Assembly: GCF_900115045.1 (NCBI RefSeq) | Contig: NZ_FOVC01000003.1 | Coordinates: forward strand, 2,946 to 34,945 | DNA from: Izhakiella capsodis | GTDB taxonomy: Bacteria; Pseudomonadota; Gammaproteobacteria; Enterobacterales; Enterobacteriaceae | DNA length: 32,000 nt | Direction: 5' to 3' | Part shown: in pieces, positions 1 to 8,842 of the stretch | Numbering within the stretch: position 1 is the first letter of the stretch | Layout: each line of letters starts with the position of its first letter | The notes under the pieces: generated by a model | The model's input: only the letters and a program-made list of their open reading frames with translations | Database searches by the model: none | Told to the model about the DNA's origin: nothing | Program-made: the position numbers and the translations under genes

Positions 1-1
1 C

Positions 2-751
2 TGCGGTCAAAAAGAGGAAGCGCCAAACCATATCAAAGTCGGCGTGATTGCCGGCGCAGAGCAGCAAGTCGCTGAAGTTGCGAAAAAAGTTGCTAAAGAA
101 AAATATGGTCTCGACGTGGAACTGGTTAGCTTTAACGATTATGTTCTCCCCAACGAGGCGCTCAGTAAGGGCGATATCGATGTTAACGTCTTCCAGCATA
201 AGCCTTACCTGGATCAGCAAATCAAAGATCGTGGTTACAAACTGGTTCCGGTCGGCAATACCTTCGTGTATCCCATGGCTGGCTATTCAAAGAAAATCAA
301 ATCCCTTGCTGAACTTCAGGATGGCGCTCAGGTTGCCATTCCTAATGATCCAACCAACCTCGGACGCGCATTGTTACTGCTGCAAAAAGTGGGGCTGATT
401 AAATTGAAAGCGGGTGTTGGACTGCTGCCGACCACACTGGATATTGTCGAAAATCCTAAGCACATTAAGATAATTGAACTGGAGGCCCCGCAACTGCCGC
501 GTTCACTGGATGATCCGAAGATTGCATTGGCAGTTATTAATACGACCTACGCCAGTCAAATTGGTCTGACTCCCGCCAAAAATGGCCTGTTCTCTGAAGG
601 TAAAGACTCTCCATATGTAAACCTGATTGTCGCTCGTGAAGACAATAAAGATGCAGAGAACGTCAAAAATTTCGTTAAGGCTTATCAGTCTGAAGAAGTC
701 TATGAAGCGGCCAACAAAATTTTTAACGGTGGTGCAGTTAAAGGCTGGTAA
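2..751 (+). CDS. metQ: Methionine ABC transporter substrate-binding lipoprotein MetQ, 5'-truncated by the window edge
   Basis: The frame is open from nt 2 (CGQKEEAPNHIKVGVIAGAEQQ...), so the ORF-track GTG at 44 is internal. The translation follows my recollection of E. coli MetQ nearly residue for residue to the C-terminal NGGAVKGW. The window starts at the lipobox Cys. Confidence 0.95.
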   Translation, partial: CGQKEEAPNHIKVGVIAGAEQQVAEVAKKVAKEKYGLDVELVSFNDYVLPNEALSKGDIDVNVFQHKPYLDQQIKDRGYKLVPVGNTFVYPMAGYSKKIKSLAELQDGAQVAIPNDPTNLGRALLLLQKVGLIKLKAGVGLLPTTLDIVENPKHIKIIELEAPQLPRSLDDPKIALAVINTTYASQIGLTPAKNGLFSEGKDSPYVNLIVAREDNKDAENVKNFVKAYQSEEVYEAANKIFNGGAVKGW

Positions 752-797
752 TTCCTGTCACTCGATCACATTTAATGTGAGAGCTGATCCACTCATT

Positions 798-831
798 AAC
801 AGAGCGGGCTTACCCCGCTCTGTTATTTTAT
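798..831 (+). terminator. Rho-independent terminator downstream of metQ
   Basis: Perfect 11-bp stem AACAGAGCGGG (798-808) / CCCGCTCTGTT (814-824) with 5-nt loop CTTAC, followed by ATTTTAT. Confidence 0.8.
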
Positions 832-901
832 GCTGTCTTCTTGTTATTTTTACGTTTGCTTGCTTCAATAACGCAACTTTTAAGGACATGAGGATCTTCC
901 C

Positions 902-1303
902 ATGCGCGCGTCGTCACTCTGTCTGTTAGCGCTGATGCTGACGGGGTGTTCACTGCACAATTTACCTGAACCAGTGAATAACAGACCATTGTTTTCACAG
1001 CCGGTAAACTCTGTGCGCAGTAAACCCGTCTCACGTCCGCCTCAGGTAACGATTTATACTGAAGCTACTGATTTAGTAAGCAAACCGTTTCGCGACCTTG
1101 GCGAAGTTTCCGGAGAGGATTGTCAAAGCTCCACCCAGGATTCACCGGCTAATATCAATACCGCACGTAAACGCATGCAAATTCGCGCCTCCAGGATGAA
1201 AGCTAACGCGGTGCTGCTGCATAAGTGCGAAATTATGACTACCACGTCCGGATGTTACCGCCAGGCAGTGTGCCAGGGGTCTGCACTTAAGACAACTCAA
1301 TGA
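902..1303 (+). CDS. rcsF: Outer-membrane lipoprotein RcsF (Rcs phosphorelay sensor)
   Basis: 133 aa with lipobox LTGC. The conserved core KPFRDLGEVSGEDCQ...ARKRMQI.ASRMKANAVLLH.C...GCYRQAVC.GSAL matches E. coli RcsF. GAGGA lies 7 nt upstream of the ATG. Confidence 0.93.
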   Translation: MRASSLCLLALMLTGCSLHNLPEPVNNRPLFSQPVNSVRSKPVSRPPQVTIYTEATDLVSKPFRDLGEVSGEDCQSSTQDSPANINTARKRMQIRASRMKANAVLLHKCEIMTTTSGCYRQAVCQGSALKTTQ

Positions 1304-1355
1304 GGCAGATGAGATATTGTTTCAGCTTTAGCAACCCACCGCGTCAGGTAGTGGA

Positions 1356-2063
1356 ATGACAGCATTCTCTTTCCAGCAAATTGGCATTATCCACTCTCCG
1401 TGGAAAGAAAAGTTCGCCGTTCCCCGTCAGCCGGGCTTGATCGCTGATGGCGGCGGCACGCTCGAGCTGTTGCCGCCCTATAATCAACCGGAAGCCGTGC
1501 GAGGGCTGACCTCTTTTAGCCATCTCTGGTTACTGTTTGTTTTTCATCAAACGCAGCTGGCGGGCTGGCGGCCAACGGTTCGCCCCCCTCGCCTCGGCGG
1601 TAATACGCGGATGGGCGTATTGGCCACACGTTCAACGTTCCGACCCAATCCTATCGGTCTGTCTCTGGTCGCGTTAAAAGGTGTTAAAATCGTTGGCGGG
1701 AGCGTCAAATTGGAGTTGGGTAGTCTGGACCTGGTCGACGGAACACCGGTGATAGATATAAAGCCCTATCTGCCGTTTGCCGAAGCGCTGCCGGATGCTC
1801 AGGCGGGCTTTGCGCAGCAGGCACCTGCGGCAATGATGCCGGTGTGCTTCTCTGACTGCGCTAAGGAGCAGATAGCAAACCAACGCCTGCGCTATCCGGA
1901 TCTCATGCGATTCATTATACAGGTGCTGGAGCAGGACCCGCGCCCGGCCTACCGTAAAGGTGCCGAAGCCGGACGTGAATACGCGGCCTGGCTGCTCGAC
2001 TTTAACGTCCGCTGGCGTATTACCGACTCAGGAACTGAAGTTATTGCTGTCGATCCGCGCTAA
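1356..2063 (+). CDS. trmO: tRNA m6t6A37 methyltransferase TrmO (YaeB/TsaA family)
   Basis: 235 aa. Motifs KEKFAVPRQPGL, FSHLWLLFVFHQ, WRPTVRPPRLGGN and LDLVDGTPVIDIKPYLPFAE match E. coli YaeB. It sits in the syntenic position between rcsF and proS. Confidence 0.92.
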   Translation: MTAFSFQQIGIIHSPWKEKFAVPRQPGLIADGGGTLELLPPYNQPEAVRGLTSFSHLWLLFVFHQTQLAGWRPTVRPPRLGGNTRMGVLATRSTFRPNPIGLSLVALKGVKIVGGSVKLELGSLDLVDGTPVIDIKPYLPFAEALPDAQAGFAQQAPAAMMPVCFSDCAKEQIANQRLRYPDLMRFIIQVLEQDPRPAYRKGAEAGREYAAWLLDFNVRWRITDSGTEVIAVDPR

Positions 2064-2170
2064 TTTATGCTGAGCACTCTTTTGACATACCACTTACGCT
2101 GGTAAACTAGCCCACTCTTTTTTTCGATTATCTGACATCGATATCTCCGCATAAACTGGAACCGTGACGC

Positions 2171-3889
2171 ATGCGCACTACACAATACCTGCTCTCCACT
2201 CTGAAGGAGACCCCTGCTGATGCCGAAGTTATCAGTCATCAGCTGATGCTACGCGCTGGCATGATCCGCAAACTAGCTTCTGGTCTGTACACCTGGTTGC
2301 CTACCGGTCTGCGCGTGCTTAAGAAAGTTGAGAATATCGTACGTGAAGAGATGAATAACGCCGGGGCGATCGAAATCTCAATGCCGGTGGTGCAGCCTGC
2401 CGATCTGTGGCAGGAAAGTGGACGCTGGGAGCAATACGGCCCCGAGCTGTTGCGTTTTGTTGACCGTGGCGAACGCCCATTTGTTCTGGGGCCAACCCAT
2501 GAAGAGGTCATCACCGATCTGATCAGAAATGAGCTGAGCTCTTACAAGCAGCTGCCGATCAACTTATTCCAGATCCAGACGAAATTCCGTGACGAAGTAC
2601 GCCCACGCTTTGGCGTTATGCGCTCACGCGAATTCATCATGAAAGACGCCTATTCATTTCATACGACTCAGGCATCACTTCAGCAAACCTATGACGTAAT
2701 GTACCGCGCCTATAGCCAGAGTTTTAGTCGTATGGGCCTTGATTTTCGCGCTGTGCAGGCCGATACCGGTTCTATTGGCGGCAGCGCTTCCCATGAATTT
2801 CAGGTGCTGGCAAAAAGCGGTGAAGATGCCATCGTCTTTTCTACCGGTTCCGACTATGCGGCAAACATAGAGCTGGCAGAAGCCGTTGCTCCGCAAGGAG
2901 AACGCGCGTTGCCTTCAATGGCGCTAAGCCAAATCGACACGCCCGATACGAAAACTATCGCCGAGCTGGTCGCTCGCTTCAATTTGCCGATTGAAAAGAC
3001 AATCAAAACGCTGATGGTGAAAGCAACAGCGGAAAGCGGCCATACGCTGATCGCGCTGCTGGTGCGCGGTGACCACGAGTTAAATGAAGTTAAAGCAGAG
3101 AAAATTGACATCGTTGCGACACCGCTAACCTTCGCCAGCGAAGCGGAAATTCGCGCCCTGGTTGGTGCCGGTCCCGGCTCGTTGGGTCCAGTGGGTTTAA
3201 GCCTGCCGATTATCGCCGACCGTTCCGTGGCTGTAATGAGCGACTTCAGTGCGGGTGCCAATATCGACGGTAAACATCATGTCGGAATCAACTGGGAGCG
3301 TGATTTACCGCTGCCACAGATAGCTGACATTCGTTGCGTGGTAGAAGGTGATAGCAGTCCTGATGGCCAGGGTACGCTGCAAATTAAACGCGGTATTGAG
3401 GTCGGGCATATCTTCCAGTTGGGCACTAAATACTCCGAGGCGCTGAAAGCATCAGTACAAGGTGAAGATGGTCGCAATCAGGTAATGACGATGGGCTGTT
3501 ACGGCATTGGTATCACCCGTGTCGTTGCCGCTGCTATTGAGCAGAATCACGACGAGCGCGGCATTATCTGGACTGAAGCACTGGCACCGTTCAACGTCGC
3601 CATTCTGCCGATGAACATGCATAAATCTTTTCGGGTAAAAGAGGCTGCGGAAGACCTTTATGCTAAGCTTCGCGCCCAGGGTATTGACGTTATTCTCGAC
3701 GATCGTAAAGAGCGTCCCGGGGTAATGTTCGCCGATATGGAGCTCATCGGCGTACCACATATGGTTGTCATCGGCGATCGTAATCTCGACAATGATGACG
3801 TTGAATATAAACATCGTCGTGAAGGTGAGAAAAAGATGATCAAAGTTGATGAAATCGTCAGCATCCTGGTGAAAGCCATTAAGGGCTGA
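2171..3889 (+). CDS. proS: Proline--tRNA ligase
   Basis: 572 aa, the same length as E. coli ProS, and near-identical over long runs ([45 protein letters not shown]...). Confidence 0.98.
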   Translation: MRTTQYLLSTLKETPADAEVISHQLMLRAGMIRKLASGLYTWLPTGLRVLKKVENIVREEMNNAGAIEISMPVVQPADLWQESGRWEQYGPELLRFVDRGERPFVLGPTHEEVITDLIRNELSSYKQLPINLFQIQTKFRDEVRPRFGVMRSREFIMKDAYSFHTTQASLQQTYDVMYRAYSQSFSRMGLDFRAVQADTGSIGGSASHEFQVLAKSGEDAIVFSTGSDYAANIELAEAVAPQGERALPSMALSQIDTPDTKTIAELVARFNLPIEKTIKTLMVKATAESGHTLIALLVRGDHELNEVKAEKIDIVATPLTFASEAEIRALVGAGPGSLGPVGLSLPIIADRSVAVMSDFSAGANIDGKHHVGINWERDLPLPQIADIRCVVEGDSSPDGQGTLQIKRGIEVGHIFQLGTKYSEALKASVQGEDGRNQVMTMGCYGIGITRVVAAAIEQNHDERGIIWTEALAPFNVAILPMNMHKSFRVKEAAEDLYAKLRAQGIDVILDDRKERPGVMFADMELIGVPHMVVIGDRNLDNDDVEYKHRREGEKKMIKVDEIVSILVKAIKG

Positions 3890-3910
3890 GCGTGGGTTAA
3901 TGCTGCCCGT

Positions 3911-3967
3911 TAAAATAATCCCGCCGGAGCGCTAAGGGATCCCCAGTAATTGGCGGGTTATTTTTTT
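3911..3967. terminator. Putative bidirectional terminator between convergent proS and arfB
   Basis: GC stem CCCGCC (3920-3925) / GGCGGG (3952-3957) is flanked by TTAAAATAAT upstream and TTATTTTTTT downstream, so a U-tract follows the stem on either strand. The loop is long (26 nt) and contains the palindromes AGCGCT and GGGATCCC, so the structure is atypical. Confidence 0.45.
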
Positions 3968-3999
3968 GGATCTATCAACTTGCTAAGCCATTTTGGTCG

Positions 4000-4422
4000 C
4001 TATTCCGGAAATTTACGAACGCGACCACGCAGTAATTTTGTTTGCGATTTTTGTGACTTCCGTTCCAGGCGGTGTTGCTTGGATGCCAGTGTCGGACGGG
4101 TAGCTCGCCGGGTCTTTTTTACTTTGGTCGCATCACGGATCAGGCTTTCCAGCCGTTGCAGCGCATCCTTTCGGTTTAGGTCCTGGCTTCTGTGCTGTTG
4201 GGCTTTGATAACGATAATTCCCTCCTGAGTAATCAGGTGGTGGCCGGCAGCAAGCAGCCGCGACTTATAAAAGTCGGGTAGCGTAGAGGCACGGATATCA
4301 AAGCGCAAATGGATCGCCGTCGCATTTTTGTTGACGTGCTGCCCGCCCGCGCCCTGCGCACGGATCGACGTTATCTCGATCTCATCACTGTGAATGACGG
4401 CGCTGCGCGTTAGCACGATCAT
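4000..4422 (-). CDS. arfB: Peptidyl-tRNA hydrolase / alternative ribosome-rescue factor ArfB (YaeJ)
   Basis: 140 aa. It has the GGQ motif ([13 protein letters not shown]), a basic C-terminal tail, and the same length as E. coli ArfB. Its start overlaps the yaeQ stop (ATGA). Confidence 0.95.
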   Translation of the reverse strand: MIVLTRSAVIHSDEIEITSIRAQGAGGQHVNKNATAIHLRFDIRASTLPDFYKSRLLAAGHHLITQEGIIVIKAQQHRSQDLNRKDALQRLESLIRDATKVKKTRRATRPTLASKQHRLERKSQKSQTKLLRGRVRKFPE

Positions 4423-4973
4423 TTCACGTCACCCTTTATCAACCAGTCTGAAAGTTTTATTTCCGCGTGATGCTCCTCATCAGAAAGCCAGATTACCCCC
4501 TCCTGAATCGTTGCCTGCAGCGACATTGAGCGGGCAGCAAAGGTGGCCAGCGTAGCCAACTGTGGATCATCAATAAAGTGAACATTCAGGTTTTTCAGAC
4601 GAGCCAGCTTATTACGATGCTGCGGCCACCAGACGGCGGCAGCCCGCGAGCTGTATACGTATAAGGAGACGCTATCAGCGCGTGCGCTGGCTCTTTTCAT
4701 TCTTTTTTCGTCGGGCAATCCCAGATCTATCCACGCCTCGATCTGCTGACTGTCGCTGATCAACCACAGTTCTGGCTCATCGTCAGCGCAGAGGCCACGT
4801 GTGAACTGCAGGTGCGCATCAGCATGACAAATCCACGCAAGCAGGCGTAGCATCATCCTCTCTTCCGTTTCCGATGGATGCCTCGCAAGGGTTAACGAAG
4901 CGTCCAGGAAACGGTTACGATCCATATCAGCAATGTTTAGCTGGGCTTTATAGATTGTCGCTTTTAGCGCCAT
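4419..4973 (-). CDS. yaeQ: YaeQ family protein
   Basis: 184 aa. [42 protein letters not shown] matches E. coli YaeQ. There is a 4-nt overlap with arfB. Confidence 0.93.
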   Translation of the reverse strand: MALKATIYKAQLNIADMDRNRFLDASLTLARHPSETEERMMLRLLAWICHADAHLQFTRGLCADDEPELWLISDSQQIEAWIDLGLPDEKRMKRASARADSVSLYVYSSRAAAVWWPQHRNKLARLKNLNVHFIDDPQLATLATFAARSMSLQATIQEGVIWLSDEEHHAEIKLSDWLIKGDVK

Positions 4974-5059
4974 AAAAATCCTTAAGTTAAGTCAGCCAGC
5001 AAGACCCCGAATTTTATAGCAAATTCACCGCTGCCGTGCTGATTTCACGTTAGAGCCTG

Positions 5060-5068
5060 TGCTATAGT
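5060..5068 (+). promoter_or_regulatory. Candidate extended -10 promoter for yaeP-rof
   Basis: TGcTATAGT at 5060-5068, about 40 nt upstream of the yaeP ATG. No good -35 is present. Sequence match only. Confidence 0.3.
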
Positions 5069-5106
5069 CGCCGAAGCACCATAGAAAACTCTGCAAGGGG
5101 GTGCAA

Positions 5107-5313
5107 ATGCAGCAGAATTGTGAGTTAATTCGTCGCACTTACAGTGACATCACCAGCGGCGACTCGGGTCATGTCCCGGATGCTCTGGGATGTGCTCTCA
5201 GAACGCTTAATGAGGTAGCTGCTAATAATGAGCTACACTTTTCCATCAGGAAACAAGCAGCCTTTGCTGCCGCAAACTTATTGGTGAGCGATTATGTTGA
5301 CGAAAGAATATAA
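5107..5313 (+). CDS. yaeP: UPF0253 family small protein YaeP
   Basis: CELIRR.Y..I.SGD.G.VPDALGC.L..LNE.A......[15 protein letters not shown] matches E. coli YaeP. I chose the ATG at 5107 (AAGGGGG about 5 nt upstream) over the ORF-track GTG at 5101. Confidence 0.85.
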   Translation: MQQNCELIRRTYSDITSGDSGHVPDALGCALRTLNEVAANNELHFSIRKQAAFAAANLLVSDYVDERI

Positions 5314-5554
5314 ACCCATCAATTGCGATGATTATGACCATCTCGAACTCGCTTGCCAGAAAAGCTGGACCCTGACTCTGGAGTTGAAAAGCGGGGAGCA
5401 GCTGAAAGCGAAGGCCCTTGATATGATATCCCGTAAAAAAGTGGAATATCTGGCTGTCGATCTCTGCGGTGAAATTCGTGAATTGCGTCTTGATCATATT
5501 GCCAGTTTTAACCATCCGGAGTTCGGTACCGTGCTGGTCAGCGTCGACGACTAA
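5294..5554 (+). CDS. rof: Rho-binding anti-terminator Rof (YaeO)
   Basis: 86 aa. [15 protein letters not shown]....LTLELK.GE.L.AKA.D..SRK.VEYL.V...GE.RELRLD.I.SF.HPE.GTV matches E. coli Rof. It overlaps the yaeP 3' end by 20 nt. Confidence 0.93.
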   Translation: MLTKEYKPINCDDYDHLELACQKSWTLTLELKSGEQLKAKALDMISRKKVEYLAVDLCGEIRELRLDHIASFNHPEFGTVLVSVDD

Positions 5555-5668
5555 TCCTTCAGGGCGGCAGCGAGGTCCCCCTCAACTTCAACATATTAGC
5601 TGGCCAGGCAGGCTGCCGACTTTTCCAGCGGGGCCTGTGGATTCAGATACACGCTAACATTATCACAA

Positions 5669-7018
5669 TCACCCATCGTTTTGTTCATACCGGCTATCTC
5701 CTGGAGCATTACGCAACCAGAGCAAGCGCCAGTAATGTGGATTATCTGCATTGCTTTGCCCTTCCTGGGTAATGAAAACGCCCAACGCAGCAATTAGCGT
5801 CTCATTGTAAAAAATCATCGGCGTACGGGTTCGCTGCCAGGGAGGAATGCCATGCTCCTGCCAAAGCTTTTTCACCGCCCGCTTGCCGCTACGGCCAACA
5901 ATATAAAATTCACCTTCAGCACGAAAACGCACCGAAACCTGCTCATCCGCGCGCGGTGGGCGAATTTGCCAGTGACCATAATCAGAGCGCGTCAGCGTAC
6001 CCAGCCCCGCGGGTAACGTCAGTAGCGTATAGGGCGGCAGCCAGTCAATACTCTCTGGCTGCCTCGTTTCTTCGATAGAATGTAGCCACAAGCGTTGGCG
6101 ATAACGCCGGATTACCTGAGCACCCCAGCGCAAACGGGGTGTCGCGTCTTCGCGGCTAAGCACTACCTCCTGCCAGAGACGCTGTAGCACATCTCTGGAC
6201 GGCATAGGCATCTGCTGAGAGGCAATCCAGCGCCGAAGCAAAGCAAAACGCTGTAACGGACTCATCGCGTACAGTGAGCGTGTATCAAAGCTGCCATCCG
6301 GCTGAACACAGGCAGAAAGCTGTGGTGCCAGTAGTTCGTCAAGCAGTGCTTCCTGCTCCCCACACAATGCCGCCGAACGCGCCGTCATAACAGAAAAATG
6401 CGGCCACCGTTTTTCAAACCCGGGAATAATCTCCTGACGCAAAAAATTACGATCGTAGCGGCAATCTTGGTTACTTTCATCTTCAATCCAGCTGAGCTGA
6501 TGCGTTTGCGCCCAATCTTCCAGCTCAGCGCGCGTTTCGTTTAATAATGGGCGTGCATGCGCTTTTCCCTGACGCCGCAAAAAAGCAGGCATGGCCGCCA
6601 ATCCGGCAGGGCCACTGCCCCTTTTCAGCGCCAGTAAAAAAGTCTCGCATTGATCGTTAAGATGTTGCGCCGTCAGTAACAACTCATCGGGCCGCTGACT
6701 CAGGTTGAAGGCGTGATAACGAGCCTGCCGAGCAGCACCTTCAATGCCCAATTCACTGTCGGCATCGAGTTTCACACGCACCACCTCACAAGCTACCTGC
6801 CAGTGTTGACAGATGTTCAGGCAGTGCTCAGCCCAGTTATCGGCGTTAATGCTCAGACCGTGATGTATATGAATAGCACGTAGCTGCAATCCAGGTTGGT
6901 TTAAACGTAGCTGCACAAGACGATGCAATAACACAGTAGAGTCAAGGCCGCCGCTAAAGGCCACCAGTACGTGGCGGTATCCCTGAATCGAGATGGAGAG
7001 TGAGGAGAGTGGTGACAT
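5669..7018 (-). CDS. tilS: tRNA(Ile)-lysidine synthase
   Basis: PP-loop motif [14 protein letters not shown], then [32 protein letters not shown] and [16 protein letters not shown], as in E. coli TilS. The ORF-track start at 7045 is a TTG. The ATG at 7018 (MSPLSSL...) gives an N-terminal length closer to E. coli. Confidence 0.9.
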   Translation of the reverse strand: MSPLSSLSISIQGYRHVLVAFSGGLDSTVLLHRLVQLRLNQPGLQLRAIHIHHGLSINADNWAEHCLNICQHWQVACEVVRVKLDADSELGIEGAARQARYHAFNLSQRPDELLLTAQHLNDQCETFLLALKRGSGPAGLAAMPAFLRRQGKAHARPLLNETRAELEDWAQTHQLSWIEDESNQDCRYDRNFLRQEIIPGFEKRWPHFSVMTARSAALCGEQEALLDELLAPQLSACVQPDGSFDTRSLYAMSPLQRFALLRRWIASQQMPMPSRDVLQRLWQEVVLSREDATPRLRWGAQVIRRYRQRLWLHSIEETRQPESIDWLPPYTLLTLPAGLGTLTRSDYGHWQIRPPRADEQVSVRFRAEGEFYIVGRSGKRAVKKLWQEHGIPPWQRTRTPMIFYNETLIAALGVFITQEGQSNADNPHYWRLLWLRNAPGDSRYEQNDG

Positions 7019-7072
7019 ACCAAGTCCCTGTCTTAAACGGGGCAATATTACCCCATCAATATCACGGCTATT

Positions 7073-7462
7073 CTACGCCTGATACAGCTCCAGCGGCAAA
7101 CCGTCCGGGTCGAAGAAGAAGGTATACTGTTTGCCGGTCAACGGATCTATCCGCACCGGCTCGCAGCGCACGCCACGAAATTCAAGCTGCGCTCGCGCGA
7201 TTGCCACATCGTCTACGCTAAACGCCAGATGACGTAGTCCCTGAGCTTCCGGTTGCGTCGTGCGGGCTGGCGCAGACGGAAAAGAGAAAAGCTCAATCAG
7301 GTATTCTCCGTTCAGCGCCAGGTCGCCTTTCCAGGAGTGTCGCTCTTCACGATAAACTTCGCCAAGCAGCGTAAAGCCAAGAATATCGCAGTAGAAGATT
7401 TTACTACGCACATAGTCGCTGGCGATGATAGCAAGATGATGCACCTGATTTAATTTAAGCAT
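7073..7462 (-). CDS. yaeR: VOC (glyoxalase/bleomycin-resistance/dioxygenase) family protein YaeR
   Basis: 129 aa. QVHH.AIIA.DY..SK.FYCDILGFTL..EVYRE...SWKGDLALNG.Y.IELFSFP and GLRHLAFSVDD...DPDGLPLELY match E. coli YaeR. AGGAAA SD upstream. Confidence 0.9.
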   Translation of the reverse strand: MLKLNQVHHLAIIASDYVRSKIFYCDILGFTLLGEVYREERHSWKGDLALNGEYLIELFSFPSAPARTTQPEAQGLRHLAFSVDDVAIARAQLEFRGVRCEPVRIDPLTGKQYTFFFDPDGLPLELYQA

Positions 7463-7741
7463 GTGAGTTTCCTGATGTCAGACGACGCTTTTCACGCATC
7501 ATGCTCTGTCGAGCAAAAAGCAGCAATGCTGTCATATTTACACCAGATAGCAACGATTCAAGTTAACGTTACACGGGATAGATTGCCGTGTCTGCCTACG
7601 CGCTGAATATGCATGAATTACCCCAGGTTGCGAACGATCGATGGAGCAGAATATGGCACGGCTCGGCCGGAGAAATCGTCGAAGACAACTGATGAGATAC
7701 TGCAAAAATCGAGAGTTTTGCTCGCCCTCACCGTGGGTAAT

Positions 7742-7778
7742 AAATAAAAAAAGAGCCGCAACGCCAAGCACTACGGCT
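7742..7778 (-). terminator. Probable rho-independent terminator of accA
   Basis: Minus-strand RNA folds AGCCGUAGUGC-UUG-GCGUUGCGGCU (11 bp including 3 G-U pairs; + coordinates 7754-7778), followed by CUUUUUUUAUUUA. On the + strand the same positions are C-A mismatches, so the structure is specific to the accA strand. It lies about 90 nt past the accA stop. Confidence 0.55.
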
Positions 7779-7870
7779 ACCATCACAGCTTAACTGACTG
7801 GCATTCAATTCTCAGTCATCGTCTCTTCATTATGAAGGCTGCTTTTAATGGCTATTTTACATTCAATCAA

Positions 7871-8830
7871 TCAGGCGTAGCCATAATTCATCAAGCGCTG
7901 ATAGCGACGATTAAGCAATTCTTCAGTATTCAGTACATCAAGATCGGCGAGATCGGCCAGCAATTGTTCCTTCAGCGATAAGGCAACTTTTACTGGATCA
8001 CGATGGGCGCCGCCTAACGGCTCCGGCACGATAGCGTCAATCAGCTTCAGCTCTTTCAGACGGGGAGCGATGATACCCATTGCCTCCGCTGCCAGCGGCG
8101 CTTTGTCGGCACTTTTCCACAGAATAGAAGCACATCCTTCCGGGGAAATAACCGAGTAGGTGCTGTACTGCAGCATATTCACTTTATCGCCAACGCCGAT
8201 AGCCAGTGCGCCGCCGGAGCCACCCTCACCAATGACGGTGCAAATGACCGGTACCTTAAGACCAGACATTTCACGCAGGTTACGGGCGATGGCCTCAGAC
8301 TGGCCACGCTCTTCCGCACCAACGCCCGGATAGGCACCCGGTGTATCGATAAAAGTAATAATCGGCAGCTTAAAGCGCTCAGCCAATTCCATCAGGCGCA
8401 ATGCCTTACGATAACCTTCCGGCGCCGGCATACCAAAGTTACGCCGGATCTTTTCTTTGGTTTCACGGCCTTTCTGATGACCGATAATCATCACCGGGCG
8501 ATCATCAAGGCGAGCAATTCCACCAACAATGGCTTTGTCATCGGCAAAGGCGCGATCGCCAGCCAGCTCATCAAAATCGGTAAAAACGTTGCGAACATAG
8601 TCCAGCGTGTAGGGACGCAACGGATGGCGCGCCAGCTGAGCGATTTGCCATGCACCTAAGTCAGAGAATATTTTACGCGTCAGTTCAACGCTTTTCTCGC
8701 GCAGGCGTGTGACTTCTTCATCCAGATTGAAATCTAGTTTTTCATCCTGACGGCTAACCGCTTTGAGGGAATCAATCTTCGCCTCCAGTTCTGCGATAGG
8801 CTGCTCGAAATCCAGATAATTAAGACTCAT
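7871..8830 (-). CDS. accA: Acetyl-CoA carboxylase carboxyltransferase alpha subunit
   Basis: 319 aa, the same length as E. coli AccA and near-identical ([30 protein letters not shown]...RRYQRLM.YGYA). Confidence 0.98.
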   Translation of the reverse strand: MSLNYLDFEQPIAELEAKIDSLKAVSRQDEKLDFNLDEEVTRLREKSVELTRKIFSDLGAWQIAQLARHPLRPYTLDYVRNVFTDFDELAGDRAFADDKAIVGGIARLDDRPVMIIGHQKGRETKEKIRRNFGMPAPEGYRKALRLMELAERFKLPIITFIDTPGAYPGVGAEERGQSEAIARNLREMSGLKVPVICTVIGEGGSGGALAIGVGDKVNMLQYSTYSVISPEGCASILWKSADKAPLAAEAMGIIAPRLKELKLIDAIVPEPLGGAHRDPVKVALSLKEQLLADLADLDVLNTEELLNRRYQRLMNYGYA

Positions 8831-8842
8831 AATGTTCCTGTT

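Noticed and set aside
627-1034. ORFs at 627-929 (+) and 828-1034 (-) spanning the metQ-rcsF junction.
   Set aside because: They overlap the metQ 3' end, the terminator hairpin and the rcsF 5' end in alternative frames. Both flanking genes are securely identified.
5599-5629. A possible terminator between convergent rof and tilS: GCTGG...CCAGC enclosing GGCA-GGC-TGCC, then GACTTTT.
   Set aside because: The inner stem is only 4 bp with a 3-nt loop, the outer stem is 5 bp across a large interior, and the U-tract is short. This is too weak to call as a feature, although some termination signal must exist in this 114-nt spacer.
7538-7786. An 82-aa minus-strand ORF (MMVAVVLGVAALFLFITHGEGEQ...) in the accA-yaeR gap, with a hydrophobic N-terminus that could suggest a small membrane protein.
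   Set aside because: The hydrophobic segment is just the translation of the accA terminator stem plus its T-tract. There is no SD upstream of the ATG. The remainder is Arg/Cys/Ser-rich low-complexity sequence with no family resemblance. A remnant or real small protein cannot be fully excluded without comparative data.
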